From NCBI GenBank assembly GCA_023390655.1, contig JAEWCL010000015.1, positions 48,946 to 112,945 of the forward strand: a stretch of DNA of 64,000 bases. The letters are read 5' to 3'. Numbering within the stretch: position 1 is the stretch's first letter; every line of letters begins with the position of its first letter. Below, one piece after another: positions 47,576 to 56,128 of this stretch. The translations under genes and the position numbers were made by a program. A model generated the notes under the pieces. The model did not search any database, had not been told where the DNA came from, and saw only the letters and a program-made list of their open reading frames with translations. This DNA comes from Bacillota bacterium (lineage in GTDB: Bacteria; Bacillota; Clostridia; Christensenellales; CAG-138).

Positions 47576-48655
47576 ATGGACAAAACAGTTACTGGCGCGT
47601 TGGAACAACCAAAAAAGAGCAAAATCAGCGAATTCATTCACAGCTTTGGATTGCCTAGGCTGATTATTGCGGGTTTCCTTCTGCTGCTCTTTATCGCAGC
47701 GCCGTTCGTCGGGGCGGATATTTCTACGCAGCTGACGAATACGATCAACCGATTCAGCTGGAATGCGATTCTTGTATTAGCTATGGTGCCGATGGTCCAT
47801 TCCGGCTGCGGATTGAACTTTGGTCTTCCGCTTGGCATCATTTCGGGGCTGCTCGGCGCTACGCTCTCCATTGAGTCCGGCTTTACCGGTGCCATGAGCT
47901 TTGTGATGGCCATCGTCATCGCGACGCCTTTTGCATTGTTATTTGGCACAGGCTACGGATGGCTGCTCAACAAGATCAAGGGCGGCGAAATGATGATTGC
48001 CACCTACGTTGGCTTTTCCTCCGTATCCTTCATGTGCATGATGTGGCTCCTGCTGCCATACCGCAGCCCCACCATGGTTTGGGGACTCTCCGGCAACGGG
48101 CTTCGCACCACGATCTCATTGGAAGGCTTCTATGACAAGGTTCTGGCCAATTTCCTGCATATCAACATCGGAAAGCTGTCGATCCCCACGGGTTCGATAC
48201 TGCTCTTTGCTGTACTTGCGCTTGCGATGTGGGCATTCTTGCACACCAAGACCGGCACCGCTATGACGGCAGTCGGTTCAAACCCATCCTTTGCCAAGGC
48301 GGCCGGAATCAATATTAACAAGACGAGAATGCTCTCGGTCGTCATGTCTACCTGGCTTGCGGCAATCGGCATTCTGGTGTATCAACAGGGATTTGGATTC
48401 ATTCAGCTGTATATGGCGCCGTTCACTATGGCGCTTCCCGCAGTATCGGCGATACTCATCGGCGGCGCTTCGGTCAATAAGGCGTCCATCGCAAACGTCA
48501 TCCTCGGAACGTTCCTGTTCCAGGGTATCGTGACAATGACGCCGACAGTAATGAATTCCATGATTCGTATGGACATGAGCGAAGTTATCAGGATCGTCGT
48601 TTCCCAAGGTATGATTCTCTACGCTCTGACCAGAAAGATAGAGAGGTCAAGATGA
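47576..48655 (+). CDS. ABC transporter permease (BPD_transp_2 type)
   Basis: 359-aa polytopic protein with a conserved GGASVNKASI segment. Confidence 0.85.
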   Translation: MDKTVTGALEQPKKSKISEFIHSFGLPRLIIAGFLLLLFIAAPFVGADISTQLTNTINRFSWNAILVLAMVPMVHSGCGLNFGLPLGIISGLLGATLSIESGFTGAMSFVMAIVIATPFALLFGTGYGWLLNKIKGGEMMIATYVGFSSVSFMCMMWLLLPYRSPTMVWGLSGNGLRTTISLEGFYDKVLANFLHINIGKLSIPTGSILLFAVLALAMWAFLHTKTGTAMTAVGSNPSFAKAAGININKTRMLSVVMSTWLAAIGILVYQQGFGFIQLYMAPFTMALPAVSAILIGGASVNKASIANVILGTFLFQGIVTMTPTVMNSMIRMDMSEVIRIVVSQGMILYALTRKIERSR

Positions 48656-49785
48656 GTAAAAAGAACGGACAAAAAATCAATGTCGGCAAAACGCTCGGCG
48701 GATTTGCGCGCAATAACACCGTGCCGATGATGTTTGTGCTGATCTGTGCCATATTCATCCCAATCTCCGGTTTTTCCCCGGGCTATCTTCTGGACGAGAT
48801 CATTACCAGAATGGGAAGAAATATCTTCCTGATCCTCAGCCTGTTGATCCCCATCATGGCAGGTATGGGGCTCAACTTCGGTATGACGCTCGGCGCTATG
48901 GCCGGTGAGATCGGGCTGATACTGGTTGCCGACTGGCAGATATGGGGGATTCCGGGCGTGATCTTAGCCATGATCGTCTCGATTCCGATCTCCATCGGCC
49001 TCGGCCTTCTTTGCGGAACGTTCCTCAACCGGGCCAAGGGACGGGAAATGATCACCAGCTATATCATCAGTTTCTTTATGAACGGTATCTACCAGCTGGT
49101 CGTCCTTTACATGATGGGTCCGATCATTCCGATCATCCATTCCGCCATCAAGCTGCCCAGAGGCTACGGTATCCGGAACACCGTCAGCCTTCTGAATATG
49201 CGGCAATCTGTGGATAACCTGCTCTCTGTCAATATCTTTGGCGCTAAGATCCCGGTGCTGACCTTCATTATCATCGGTCTATTGTGCCTGTTTATCGTAT
49301 GGTTCAAAAAGACCAAGCTGGGCCAGGATATGCGCGCAGTCGGCCAGGATATGGATGTCGCCCGCGACGCAGGCATCAATGTGGAGAAAACGAGAATCAT
49401 CTCCATCGTCATGTCCACGGTAGTTGCGGGTTTAGGCATGATCCTTTACCTGCAGAACATGGGCAACCTGTCCACCTACAATTCTCATTCGCAGATTGGT
49501 ATGTTCTGTATTGCGGCGCTGCTCGTCGGCGGCGCATCGGTTGACAAGGCCTCCATCGGCAATGTGTTCCTCGGCGTTATTCTGTTCCACGTGATGTTTA
49601 TCGTAGCGCCGTCGGCGGGTGCTAAGATCACAGGGGATTCCATGATCGGTGAATACTTCCGCGTATTCATCTCCTATGGCGTCATCACGGTGGCTCTTGT
49701 CATGTATGAAACGAAAAAACGCAGGGCCAAGGGCAACGTTGGCCGGCAGCTGGGACTTGCGCAGCTGGAGGAGGGCAAAAAATGA
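48652..49785 (+). CDS. ABC transporter permease (BPD_transp_2 type)
   Basis: ATGA overlap with the upstream permease. It is polytopic and has a GGASVDKASIGN segment. Confidence 0.85.
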   Translation: MSKKNGQKINVGKTLGGFARNNTVPMMFVLICAIFIPISGFSPGYLLDEIITRMGRNIFLILSLLIPIMAGMGLNFGMTLGAMAGEIGLILVADWQIWGIPGVILAMIVSIPISIGLGLLCGTFLNRAKGREMITSYIISFFMNGIYQLVVLYMMGPIIPIIHSAIKLPRGYGIRNTVSLLNMRQSVDNLLSVNIFGAKIPVLTFIIIGLLCLFIVWFKKTKLGQDMRAVGQDMDVARDAGINVEKTRIISIVMSTVVAGLGMILYLQNMGNLSTYNSHSQIGMFCIAALLVGGASVDKASIGNVFLGVILFHVMFIVAPSAGAKITGDSMIGEYFRVFISYGVITVALVMYETKKRRAKGNVGRQLGLAQLEEGKK

Positions 49786-50249
49786 ACGCAACACGCAAAC
49801 TCCTGTTTCGGGCAGGCACAGTAGCGATTCTTCTCCTCATCGCAGCCGCCATGTTCATTATCGGCAGAGGGCACACCGTATACCTGGACAATAAGTCCAT
49901 CGAATACAACGGGCAGACCTATACCACCCCTTACAAGGTCGTGGCATTTGTCAAGGGTGAACAGGTAGCGAAGCTCTATGACAAGGAAAGAGGCATGGCG
50001 ACCTGTATCGGCCCCAACTTCACTATGACGCTTGAAATCACGCCGGAAAAGGGCGGCGATGAAGAGATCACCACCATAACGCTCCGCTTGCCGCAGAATA
50101 TGGATGGCATCGTCATCAACTTGCCCGCTTTGCTGGCGGGGCTTCCCGAAGAGGCGTATCAATCCCAATTCATCGTGGCACCCGTCGAGCTCGCCCCGGA
50201 AGATGAAGAGATCGTCACGGAGGAGTTCGTGCTGCCGGCAGTTGAATAA
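49782..50249 (+). CDS. hypothetical membrane-anchored protein with acidic C-terminal tail
   Basis: ATGA overlap with the permease. One N-terminal TM helix (AGTVAILLLIAAAMFII) and an acidic tail, PEDEEIVTEEF. No family was recognised. Confidence 0.6.
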   Translation: MNATRKLLFRAGTVAILLLIAAAMFIIGRGHTVYLDNKSIEYNGQTYTTPYKVVAFVKGEQVAKLYDKERGMATCIGPNFTMTLEITPEKGGDEEITTITLRLPQNMDGIVINLPALLAGLPEEAYQSQFIVAPVELAPEDEEIVTEEFVLPAVE

Positions 50250-50280
50250 GAAATAGCATCCGAACAATAGCAGTAAAAAA

Positions 50281-50310
50281 CAAAGCACCCGATTATGGGT
50301 GCTTTGTTTT
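50281..50310. terminator. bidirectional rho-independent terminator
   Basis: AAAGCACCC-GATTAT-GGGTGCTTT, flanked by AAAAAAC on one side and GTTTTT on the other. It lies between convergent genes. Confidence 0.75.
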
Positions 50311-50361
50311 TGGATTTGCAGCATATCGTTCCATTCCCAGCCTTCATCAGCAGCAATTCCC

Positions 50362-51903
50362 CTACGCGGCCGGGGTCGCCGCCGGGGCCCCCGTAGGCGC
50401 GGGCGTGGCGGAGCGCTCGGGCAGGGCGCTGTAGACGGCTTCGGGCAGGCGGGTTTTGCTCACGTCGCGCTGCGAGATCTCCGCATGCTCGCACAGCGCG
50501 AGCATGCGCGCGTAGAGGGCGGACTGGGCAGCGCTGATAGCGCGCGCGTCAAACGGCACGTCAAGATCGGCATGTTCGGTACGGGTGGACAGAGCGCGCA
50601 GCACCGCGATCTGCTCGAAGAGATCGCGGGCCGGACTGCCGGCTGGGTATTTCCCCGCGGCGTCAACTGGGAACGCCGCCTTGACCTTGGGACGCGCGAG
50701 CAGGTATTCCCCATCGGACGCGGCAGCGCGCGCCGCCCTTGCCGCGATGTCCGCGAGTACATAGTGCATATCGTAACGCGGGTTCACCGCGATATCGATG
50801 CCGTAAATGCTTTTGATGAGCGCGGCGAGCCTTTCGTTGTCGATGAGGTAATAGTTCGCGCTGGAATAGGGCGTGTCGCTGCGGTATTCGCCCACAAGGG
50901 TATGGCGGCGGATATCGTCCATGCCTAACTGCATGCCGAATGCGGCGATGGCCGCCACCTGTTCCGCATTCAGGTTGGTGTGCAGATATTTCTTGATGGA
51001 GCGGTATATCTTGGGAAAGTTCTTGAGCTGGTCCTTGCTCTTCAATTGCTCGAATATTGCGAAGAGGATGCGCTGCTGGCGGTCGTTGCGGCCTGTGTCG
51101 GTGCTGATCCCTTTGCGCGCGCGCACGTAATCGAGCACATTCTGCCCATTGAGTTTCTGGTAGCCGGGGCGCAGCGTGCGGCCGTTGAGGCGTATGGTCA
51201 GGTCGACGTCGTAATATACCCCGCCCATGGCGTTGACCACACCTTTAAGCCCGTCCATATCCACGCCCGCATAATAATCGATGGGCACGTCGAGCAGCTT
51301 GGATACCGTCTGCATGGCGAACTGATAGCCGCGCGTGCTCTCGCTGCCGCCCTTGGCGAACGCGGCGTTGATCTTCCATTTGCCGTTTTTGCTGTAAAGC
51401 TTCCCCTTATCGTTGTAGATGGGCGCGTAGCTGTCGCGCGGCACGGAGATCAGATCCACGCTCTTATCCCGAAAATTGACCGTCAGCAACATCAGCACGT
51501 CGGACCGGAAATCGTTGCTCTCGTCACGGTAGACGTCGTTCTCTTCCACCGTGCGCTCGGGGCTGCTGTCGTACCCCACAAGCAGTATGTTCACGCGCTC
51601 ATTCATATACGCAAGATTTGCCGGCGTGGGTGCAGGGGTGGGGATTGCCGTAGCGGTGGGCGTAGCGGTCGGCATAATGCCCGGCGTGGCCGTAATCGTC
51701 GGCGTTACGGACGGTGCAGCAGCGGTCGTCACAGGTGTAGTGGCGGTACCGGCGGGCCGGGGCGTCCGAAACGCCTGCATGGGGTCTTCGAACACCACAA
51801 ACAGCGTGCGGCCGAGTACCAGTAAACCCGCGAGCGCAAGCAGCAGCAGCCCCGCGCGGATTACCCGCCCGGCCTTCCCAGTCTTCTTGCCGCCCGTATC
51901 CAT
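50362..51903 (-). CDS. LCP (LytR-CpsA-Psr) family glycopolymer transferase
   Basis: Trimmed to ATG 51903 (AGAGGGGG upstream). It has a TM anchor, a Pro/Thr/Ala linker, LCP motifs (NILLVGYDS, RSDVLMLLTVN, LISVPRDSY), and a C-terminal extension of about 170 aa. Confidence 0.85.
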   Translation of the reverse strand: MDTGGKKTGKAGRVIRAGLLLLALAGLLVLGRTLFVVFEDPMQAFRTPRPAGTATTPVTTAAAPSVTPTITATPGIMPTATPTATAIPTPAPTPANLAYMNERVNILLVGYDSSPERTVEENDVYRDESNDFRSDVLMLLTVNFRDKSVDLISVPRDSYAPIYNDKGKLYSKNGKWKINAAFAKGGSESTRGYQFAMQTVSKLLDVPIDYYAGVDMDGLKGVVNAMGGVYYDVDLTIRLNGRTLRPGYQKLNGQNVLDYVRARKGISTDTGRNDRQQRILFAIFEQLKSKDQLKNFPKIYRSIKKYLHTNLNAEQVAAIAAFGMQLGMDDIRRHTLVGEYRSDTPYSSANYYLIDNERLAALIKSIYGIDIAVNPRYDMHYVLADIAARAARAAASDGEYLLARPKVKAAFPVDAAGKYPAGSPARDLFEQIAVLRALSTRTEHADLDVPFDARAISAAQSALYARMLALCEHAEISQRDVSKTRLPEAVYSALPERSATPAPTGAPAATPAA

Positions 51904-52049
51904 GGCGTATCCCCCTCTTACAATTTGTGCTACGGTAATATGACGCGCGCGGGTTGTAAAGGTGTCAATAGTGGACGAGAAAAATATTTCCAACAGGCTA
52001 TGATGGGTATTCAGCAATCAATAAACTATGTGTAATGATCGCCCTCTTT

Positions 52050-52084
52050 GCAAAAAGAGCCGGGCATGCTTCTTTCATACCCGG
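52050..52084 (-). terminator. rho-independent terminator 3' of the aldo/keto reductase
   Basis: On the minus strand: CCGGGTA...TGCCCGG hairpin followed by CTCTTTTTGC. Confidence 0.55.
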
Positions 52085-52126
52085 TTCTGATTGCGTTTAC
52101 ATAGCCGATGCCTGGCTTACCTTGCA

Positions 52127-53017
52127 TTACCGGATTTGCTGCTGGCCGCTTGCAGCATAAATCTCGTACCATTCGTACCGCGCGAGCTTTACATCCAATG
52201 CCTTTATGGCATGGTCAAGCCTATGGAGCTTATTGCTGCCCGTAATGGGTGCCGCACCCACGGGGTGGTACAAAATCCACGCGTAAACGATGACGGTGGG
52301 GTCTACATTATGGCGCTCTGCGATGGCGTTGATCTTTGCCATGGCTTTTACACAAATTTCTTCTGTGGAAAACAGCCTGCCGCCCGCCAGGGGGGACCAG
52401 ATCATGGGATGGGTTTTTTCAACCGTCAAGAGGTCCATCATGCCGGAATTGAAATGCTCATAGCAGACCGGGTTCCATTCGATCTGGTTGGTGACAAGCG
52501 TGCCGTCCATCGCCTTATTGAGGGCGTTGAACTTGAGGGGATCAAAGTTGGAAACGCCCGCTTCGCGGATCAGCCCTTCTTTTTTCAGGTCTTTGAGCGC
52601 GCGCGCCGTTTCCCACACGTCGAGACACGGGTCTTCCCGGTGGATGAGGTAAAGGTCCAGCACATCGGTTCCGAGCCTGTGGAGGCTCTCCTTGCAGGAT
52701 TGCATGACGCGCTGGTAGGAGGTGTCGTAGTAGCCGAATACCTTTCCTTCGACCGGCTGCTGGAAGATACCGGTTTTTGATACCAGTTCGATGCGCTTGC
52801 GGATGGTGGGATCTTTGCGGAAGGCGTCGCCCATCTGGGTTTCGCACAGGGTTGCGGCATAGATTTCCGCAGTATCAAATGTGGTGACGCCGCGGTCGAT
52901 GCACTGGCTCATGAACACCGCAAGCTCGCTTGCGGACATATTCCAGCTGTCCAGGCGCCAGAAGCCCTGAACAATTGTGGAGATAGAGAGGTTGTTGCTC
53001 AGCTGTATCTTTTGCAT
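52127..53017 (-). CDS. aldo/keto reductase (YdhF-like)
   Basis: Motifs seen: GVTTFDTAEIY, LDLYLIHRED, GVSNF. AAAAAGGAG RBS. Confidence 0.85.
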   Translation of the reverse strand: MQKIQLSNNLSISTIVQGFWRLDSWNMSASELAVFMSQCIDRGVTTFDTAEIYAATLCETQMGDAFRKDPTIRKRIELVSKTGIFQQPVEGKVFGYYDTSYQRVMQSCKESLHRLGTDVLDLYLIHREDPCLDVWETARALKDLKKEGLIREAGVSNFDPLKFNALNKAMDGTLVTNQIEWNPVCYEHFNSGMMDLLTVEKTHPMIWSPLAGGRLFSTEEICVKAMAKINAIAERHNVDPTVIVYAWILYHPVGAAPITGSNKLHRLDHAIKALDVKLARYEWYEIYAASGQQQIR

Positions 53018-53095
53018 GGTGCTCCTTTTTCTCTGAGATCAGGAATTTTTGCGCATCAATTCTTCTATTACAAAATTGTAGAAGCAATTCTGTCA

Positions 53096-53411
53096 TTAAG
53101 CAAGCCGAAACTCGTTTATTTTGCCTTTCACGAATTCCTTCATTGCATCCTTGACCTTGGGATAAACAGCGGTGTTGTAGCGGGCTCGACAGCGTGGAGT
53201 AGGTCTTGACCATGGTGGTGAGCACATCCGTTGCAACATTGATCTTGCGGATGCCGTTGCGGATGGCGTCCTGCACCTGTTCTACCGGCGTACCGGAGCC
53301 GCCATGGAGTACAAGAGGCACATCCACATGCTGTTTGATTGCCTGGAGGCGCTTGATGTTCAATTGCGGGGCGGCGGAATAGACGCCGATGCTGACCGCG
53401 AGATCTTGCAG
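53096..53411 (-). pseudogene. 5'-truncated, frameshifted remnant of a class II (FbaA/tagatose-bisphosphate-type) aldolase
   Basis: One frame reads DLAVSIGVYSAAPQLNIKRLQAIKQHVDVPLVLHGGSGTPVEQVQDAIRNGIRKINVATD. The C-terminal ...YNTAVYPKVKDAMKEFVKGKINEFRLA* is in a different frame. An in-frame TAG lies at 53412..53414, and there is no N-terminal half. Confidence 0.6.
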
Positions 53412-53414
53412 CTA

Positions 53415-53444
53415 TGATAATACAAGAAGCCGCCAAACGGCGGC
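53415..53444 (-). terminator. putative terminator 3' of the GH65 gene
   Basis: On the minus strand: GCCGCC-GTTT-GGCGGC hairpin followed by TTCTTGTATTATC. Confidence 0.5.
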
Positions 53445-53500
53445 CCTTGCTTTAGGTGAGTAGAGAGGATTTTGTCCGAGCAGTTTTTGTCGGTACGCCG

Positions 53501-55783
53501 TTACCCGTTCCGGCGTACCGTTACGGGCATGTGGCCTACGGTATAGGCAATATCGTTGATCATTATGCGCTGCGGCCCGCCTGCTTCTACGACTACGGCG
53601 CAGCTTTCCTGCGTTGCATCTATCAAAAGGACGCTTCCACGGTAGTGGATGCGGAACCGCACCCGGTTCCAGTGCCGCGGGAGCCGCGGGCGCAGGGACA
53701 GTCTTTCCTGCCGCACACAGAGGCCGCAAAAGCCGGAAACAACGGAGAGGTATGCGCCGCCTACACTCGCCACATGCAGGCCGTCCCGCGTGTTGGCGTG
53801 GGCGTCGTTGAGATCCGCAGATGCGGTTTCCTTAAAATACTCGTATGCCTTTTCCGCATCCCCCAGCCGCGCCGCCATCATGCTGAAGATGCACTTTGAC
53901 AGCGAGGAATCATGCGTTGTCACGGCCTCGTAATACGCGTAGGTACGCTTTGCCGCGTCCTCCCCCACCCCATCGCCAAACAGGTACAGCGCCAGCACGG
54001 CGTCCGGCTGCTTGCAGACCTGATGGCGGTAGATAAACAGCGGGTGATAGTGCAGCAGCAGCGGAAACTTCTCTTTTGGGATTGCCGATACATCCAACTT
54101 CTTTTTGTTGAGGAAGCTGTCGTCCTGCATCAGGATGCCCAACCCTTCATCATAGGGCAGGTACATCGCTTCGGCGGCTTTTAAGAAGCGCCGCTCCTCG
54201 TCAACGCTGATACCCGTCTGCGCCTGTACTCTACTAAACAGGCCCGCCTCCCGCAGCGCGTTGCAGATGTTTGCCGCCCAGCGGAGGTTTTCCCGCGCGC
54301 CCGCGTTGGTATAGTAATTGTTGTTGACGAGACACGTGTACTCATCCGGCCCCGTCACGCAGTCGATCAAAAAGCGTCCGTTCTCCATGTGCCCTACATC
54401 CAGCCACAGCCGCGCCGTTTCAATGAGCACCTCCGCACCCTTTTCGGCCATATAGTTGATATCGCCTGTGGCAAGATAGTACTGTATGAACGAATGTGCG
54501 ACATCCGCGTTGATATGGTACTGCGCGGAACCGGACGGAAAGTAGGAGGAGCACTCGCTTCCGGCGATGGTGCGCCACGGGTAAAGCGCACCCGTTTCAT
54601 GCCCCAAGAGTCGTGCATGCCCGCGCGCATGCGGCAGGATGCCATGGCGGTAATCGAGCAGTTTTTTTGCCAGTTGCGGGTCGGTAAACAGGAAGAACGG
54701 GAACACATAAATCTCCGTATCCCAGAAATAATGTCCCTCGTATCCTTCGCCGCTCAGGCCTTTCGCGGGCACGTTGCCTATGCCGTCCTTCCCCGCCGAC
54801 TGCAGCAGCTGATAGAGGTTAAAATCAAGATATCCCTGCACCTCTACATCGCCATCGATCAGCATGCGGGCATTTTCCCAAAACGCATTTAGATACGCTT
54901 CCTGCTCCGCGTACCAGTGGCCCGGTCCTAACTTAACCGCCTGCTCCAGCATGGCTTCCGCGTGTGCGGATGGGTCCTGCACCCGGAGAGAATCGCTGTA
55001 TATGCAAAACTTATAAAGCCGTATGCGTCCGCCCGGCTGTAGCTCCACGCCGATATCGGCCCACGCGCTCCGGCTGTCGGAATCATAAGCAAACGTCCCT
55101 TCCCCTTCGAGAAGATGCTTTACCCGGCATGCCATATTGAGTCCGGAACGGCTGGTGCGGCACGCGGTGTGCAGCACGCCGTCTTTTGTACCTGCATGCT
55201 CCACGAGGATGTGGCGGCCCGCACCGGGCGCGACGCGGGGATCGTCGGCGTTACTGTAGTTCTCCACATCGCCGTTTAAGGAAGAGCGAATATGGAGCGG
55301 ACCCGCGTAATCGACGGATTCCACATCGTATTCCATCAAAAACAGTTCCTGCATGCGAAAGCTTGCCATGCGCCGCGCCGTAACCCGGAACGTATGCCCG
55401 GCGTTTGAGCGCCATAGCATGCGGCGACAGGTAACGCCCCGGCGCATATCCAGCGTCCGTTCATACGCCACTAATCCTTCGGAGAAGGGGTCGAGGCATT
55501 CGCCGTTTATGGTAAGTATGATCGTCTGCGCGTCGGGCAGGTTGATGATGGTCTGGCGCGTGGTCGGAAAGCCGTACAGCTTTTCGCCGTACTGGATGTC
55601 CGCGTCGTCATAAAAACCGTTAATATACGCGCCGCGCACGCTCAGTAAATCCGGAGGATAGCCCTCCTCAAAGCAGCCGCGCACGCCGAGATAGCCGTTG
55701 GCGCAATGGAACACCGCTTCCTCGCCCGCAAGCGCCTCCCGGTTGAGCTGGCGCACGGTGAGTTTTTGTCCAGATGGAATCAA
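53501..55783 (-). CDS. glycoside hydrolase family 65 disaccharide phosphorylase (maltose/kojibiose/trehalose phosphorylase-like)
   Basis: Motifs seen: HCANGYLGVRGCFEEGYP, GEGYEGHYFWDTEIYVFPFF. A TTG start at 55783 (GAGGTG 5 nt upstream) places NGY about 30 aa in, as in characterised GH65 enzymes. The track ORF extends to 56038 across a terminator-like hairpin. Confidence 0.85.
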   Translation of the reverse strand: MIPSGQKLTVRQLNREALAGEEAVFHCANGYLGVRGCFEEGYPPDLLSVRGAYINGFYDDADIQYGEKLYGFPTTRQTIINLPDAQTIILTINGECLDPFSEGLVAYERTLDMRRGVTCRRMLWRSNAGHTFRVTARRMASFRMQELFLMEYDVESVDYAGPLHIRSSLNGDVENYSNADDPRVAPGAGRHILVEHAGTKDGVLHTACRTSRSGLNMACRVKHLLEGEGTFAYDSDSRSAWADIGVELQPGGRIRLYKFCIYSDSLRVQDPSAHAEAMLEQAVKLGPGHWYAEQEAYLNAFWENARMLIDGDVEVQGYLDFNLYQLLQSAGKDGIGNVPAKGLSGEGYEGHYFWDTEIYVFPFFLFTDPQLAKKLLDYRHGILPHARGHARLLGHETGALYPWRTIAGSECSSYFPSGSAQYHINADVAHSFIQYYLATGDINYMAEKGAEVLIETARLWLDVGHMENGRFLIDCVTGPDEYTCLVNNNYYTNAGARENLRWAANICNALREAGLFSRVQAQTGISVDEERRFLKAAEAMYLPYDEGLGILMQDDSFLNKKKLDVSAIPKEKFPLLLHYHPLFIYRHQVCKQPDAVLALYLFGDGVGEDAAKRTYAYYEAVTTHDSSLSKCIFSMMAARLGDAEKAYEYFKETASADLNDAHANTRDGLHVASVGGAYLSVVSGFCGLCVRQERLSLRPRLPRHWNRVRFRIHYRGSVLLIDATQESCAVVVEAGGPQRIMINDIAYTVGHMPVTVRRNG

Positions 55784-55810
55784 ATGCTTCACCTCAAGTA
55801 TTAAAGATTC

Positions 55811-55850
55811 AAAAGGTATCGGCGCTTCTAGCGCCGATACAATTTTTTTG
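55811..55850. terminator. terminator-like hairpin directly upstream of the GH65 RBS
   Basis: Perfect 11-bp stem GTATCGGCGCT / AGCGCCGATAC with a 3-nt loop (55816..55840), flanked by AAAA and AATTTTTTT. On the minus strand it is followed by CTTTTGAATCTTT. Confidence 0.6.
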
Positions 55851-56128
55851 CTATGGGAAACTACGTTTCCCCACACCCTTTCCTTAAGAGCCTCCCTGCT
55901 CCCCTCGGACTCAGCGAGCGCGGAATGCCTGCGAGGCCGCATAGCGCAGGAAACCGTACTCAGGGGGACGCGAGGGCGAAACCCTCTCGCTATTAAATAA
56001 AATAATCGGTTGCGACGACCCGCAGACCTAATGGCCAAGCATCTCCCGCCGAGGACGCGGCGCTCTCTAAAGCGCTGATACCTTTAAAATCCTTGAGATG
56101 GCTTAGCTCAAAGCATATACACGCCCAA

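Noticed and set aside
51600-51760. Repetitive GGCGT/AGCGG-rich DNA that could look like a tandem repeat or array
   Set aside because: It encodes the Pro/Thr/Ala linker of the LCP protein (low-complexity coding sequence). It has no regular repeat-spacer structure, so it is not a CRISPR array.
50299-51943. Plus-strand ORFs (50299..50928, 50980..51825, 51551..51943) antisense to the LCP gene
   Set aside because: They are shadow ORFs with no recognisable motifs and an unlikely composition. The LCP frame on the minus strand explains the region.
52875-53363. 162-aa minus-strand ORF from the track
   Set aside because: It is a chimera. Only its first roughly 55 residues resemble an aldolase, and the rest is out-of-frame read-through overlapping the AKR gene. 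It is reinterpreted as part of a pseudogene (53096..53411).
55784-56038. 85-aa N-terminal extension of the GH65 ORF
   Set aside because: The extension has no GH65-like sequence, runs through a perfect terminator-like hairpin, and lacks an RBS. The TTG at 55783 with GAGGTG gives a family-typical N-terminus.
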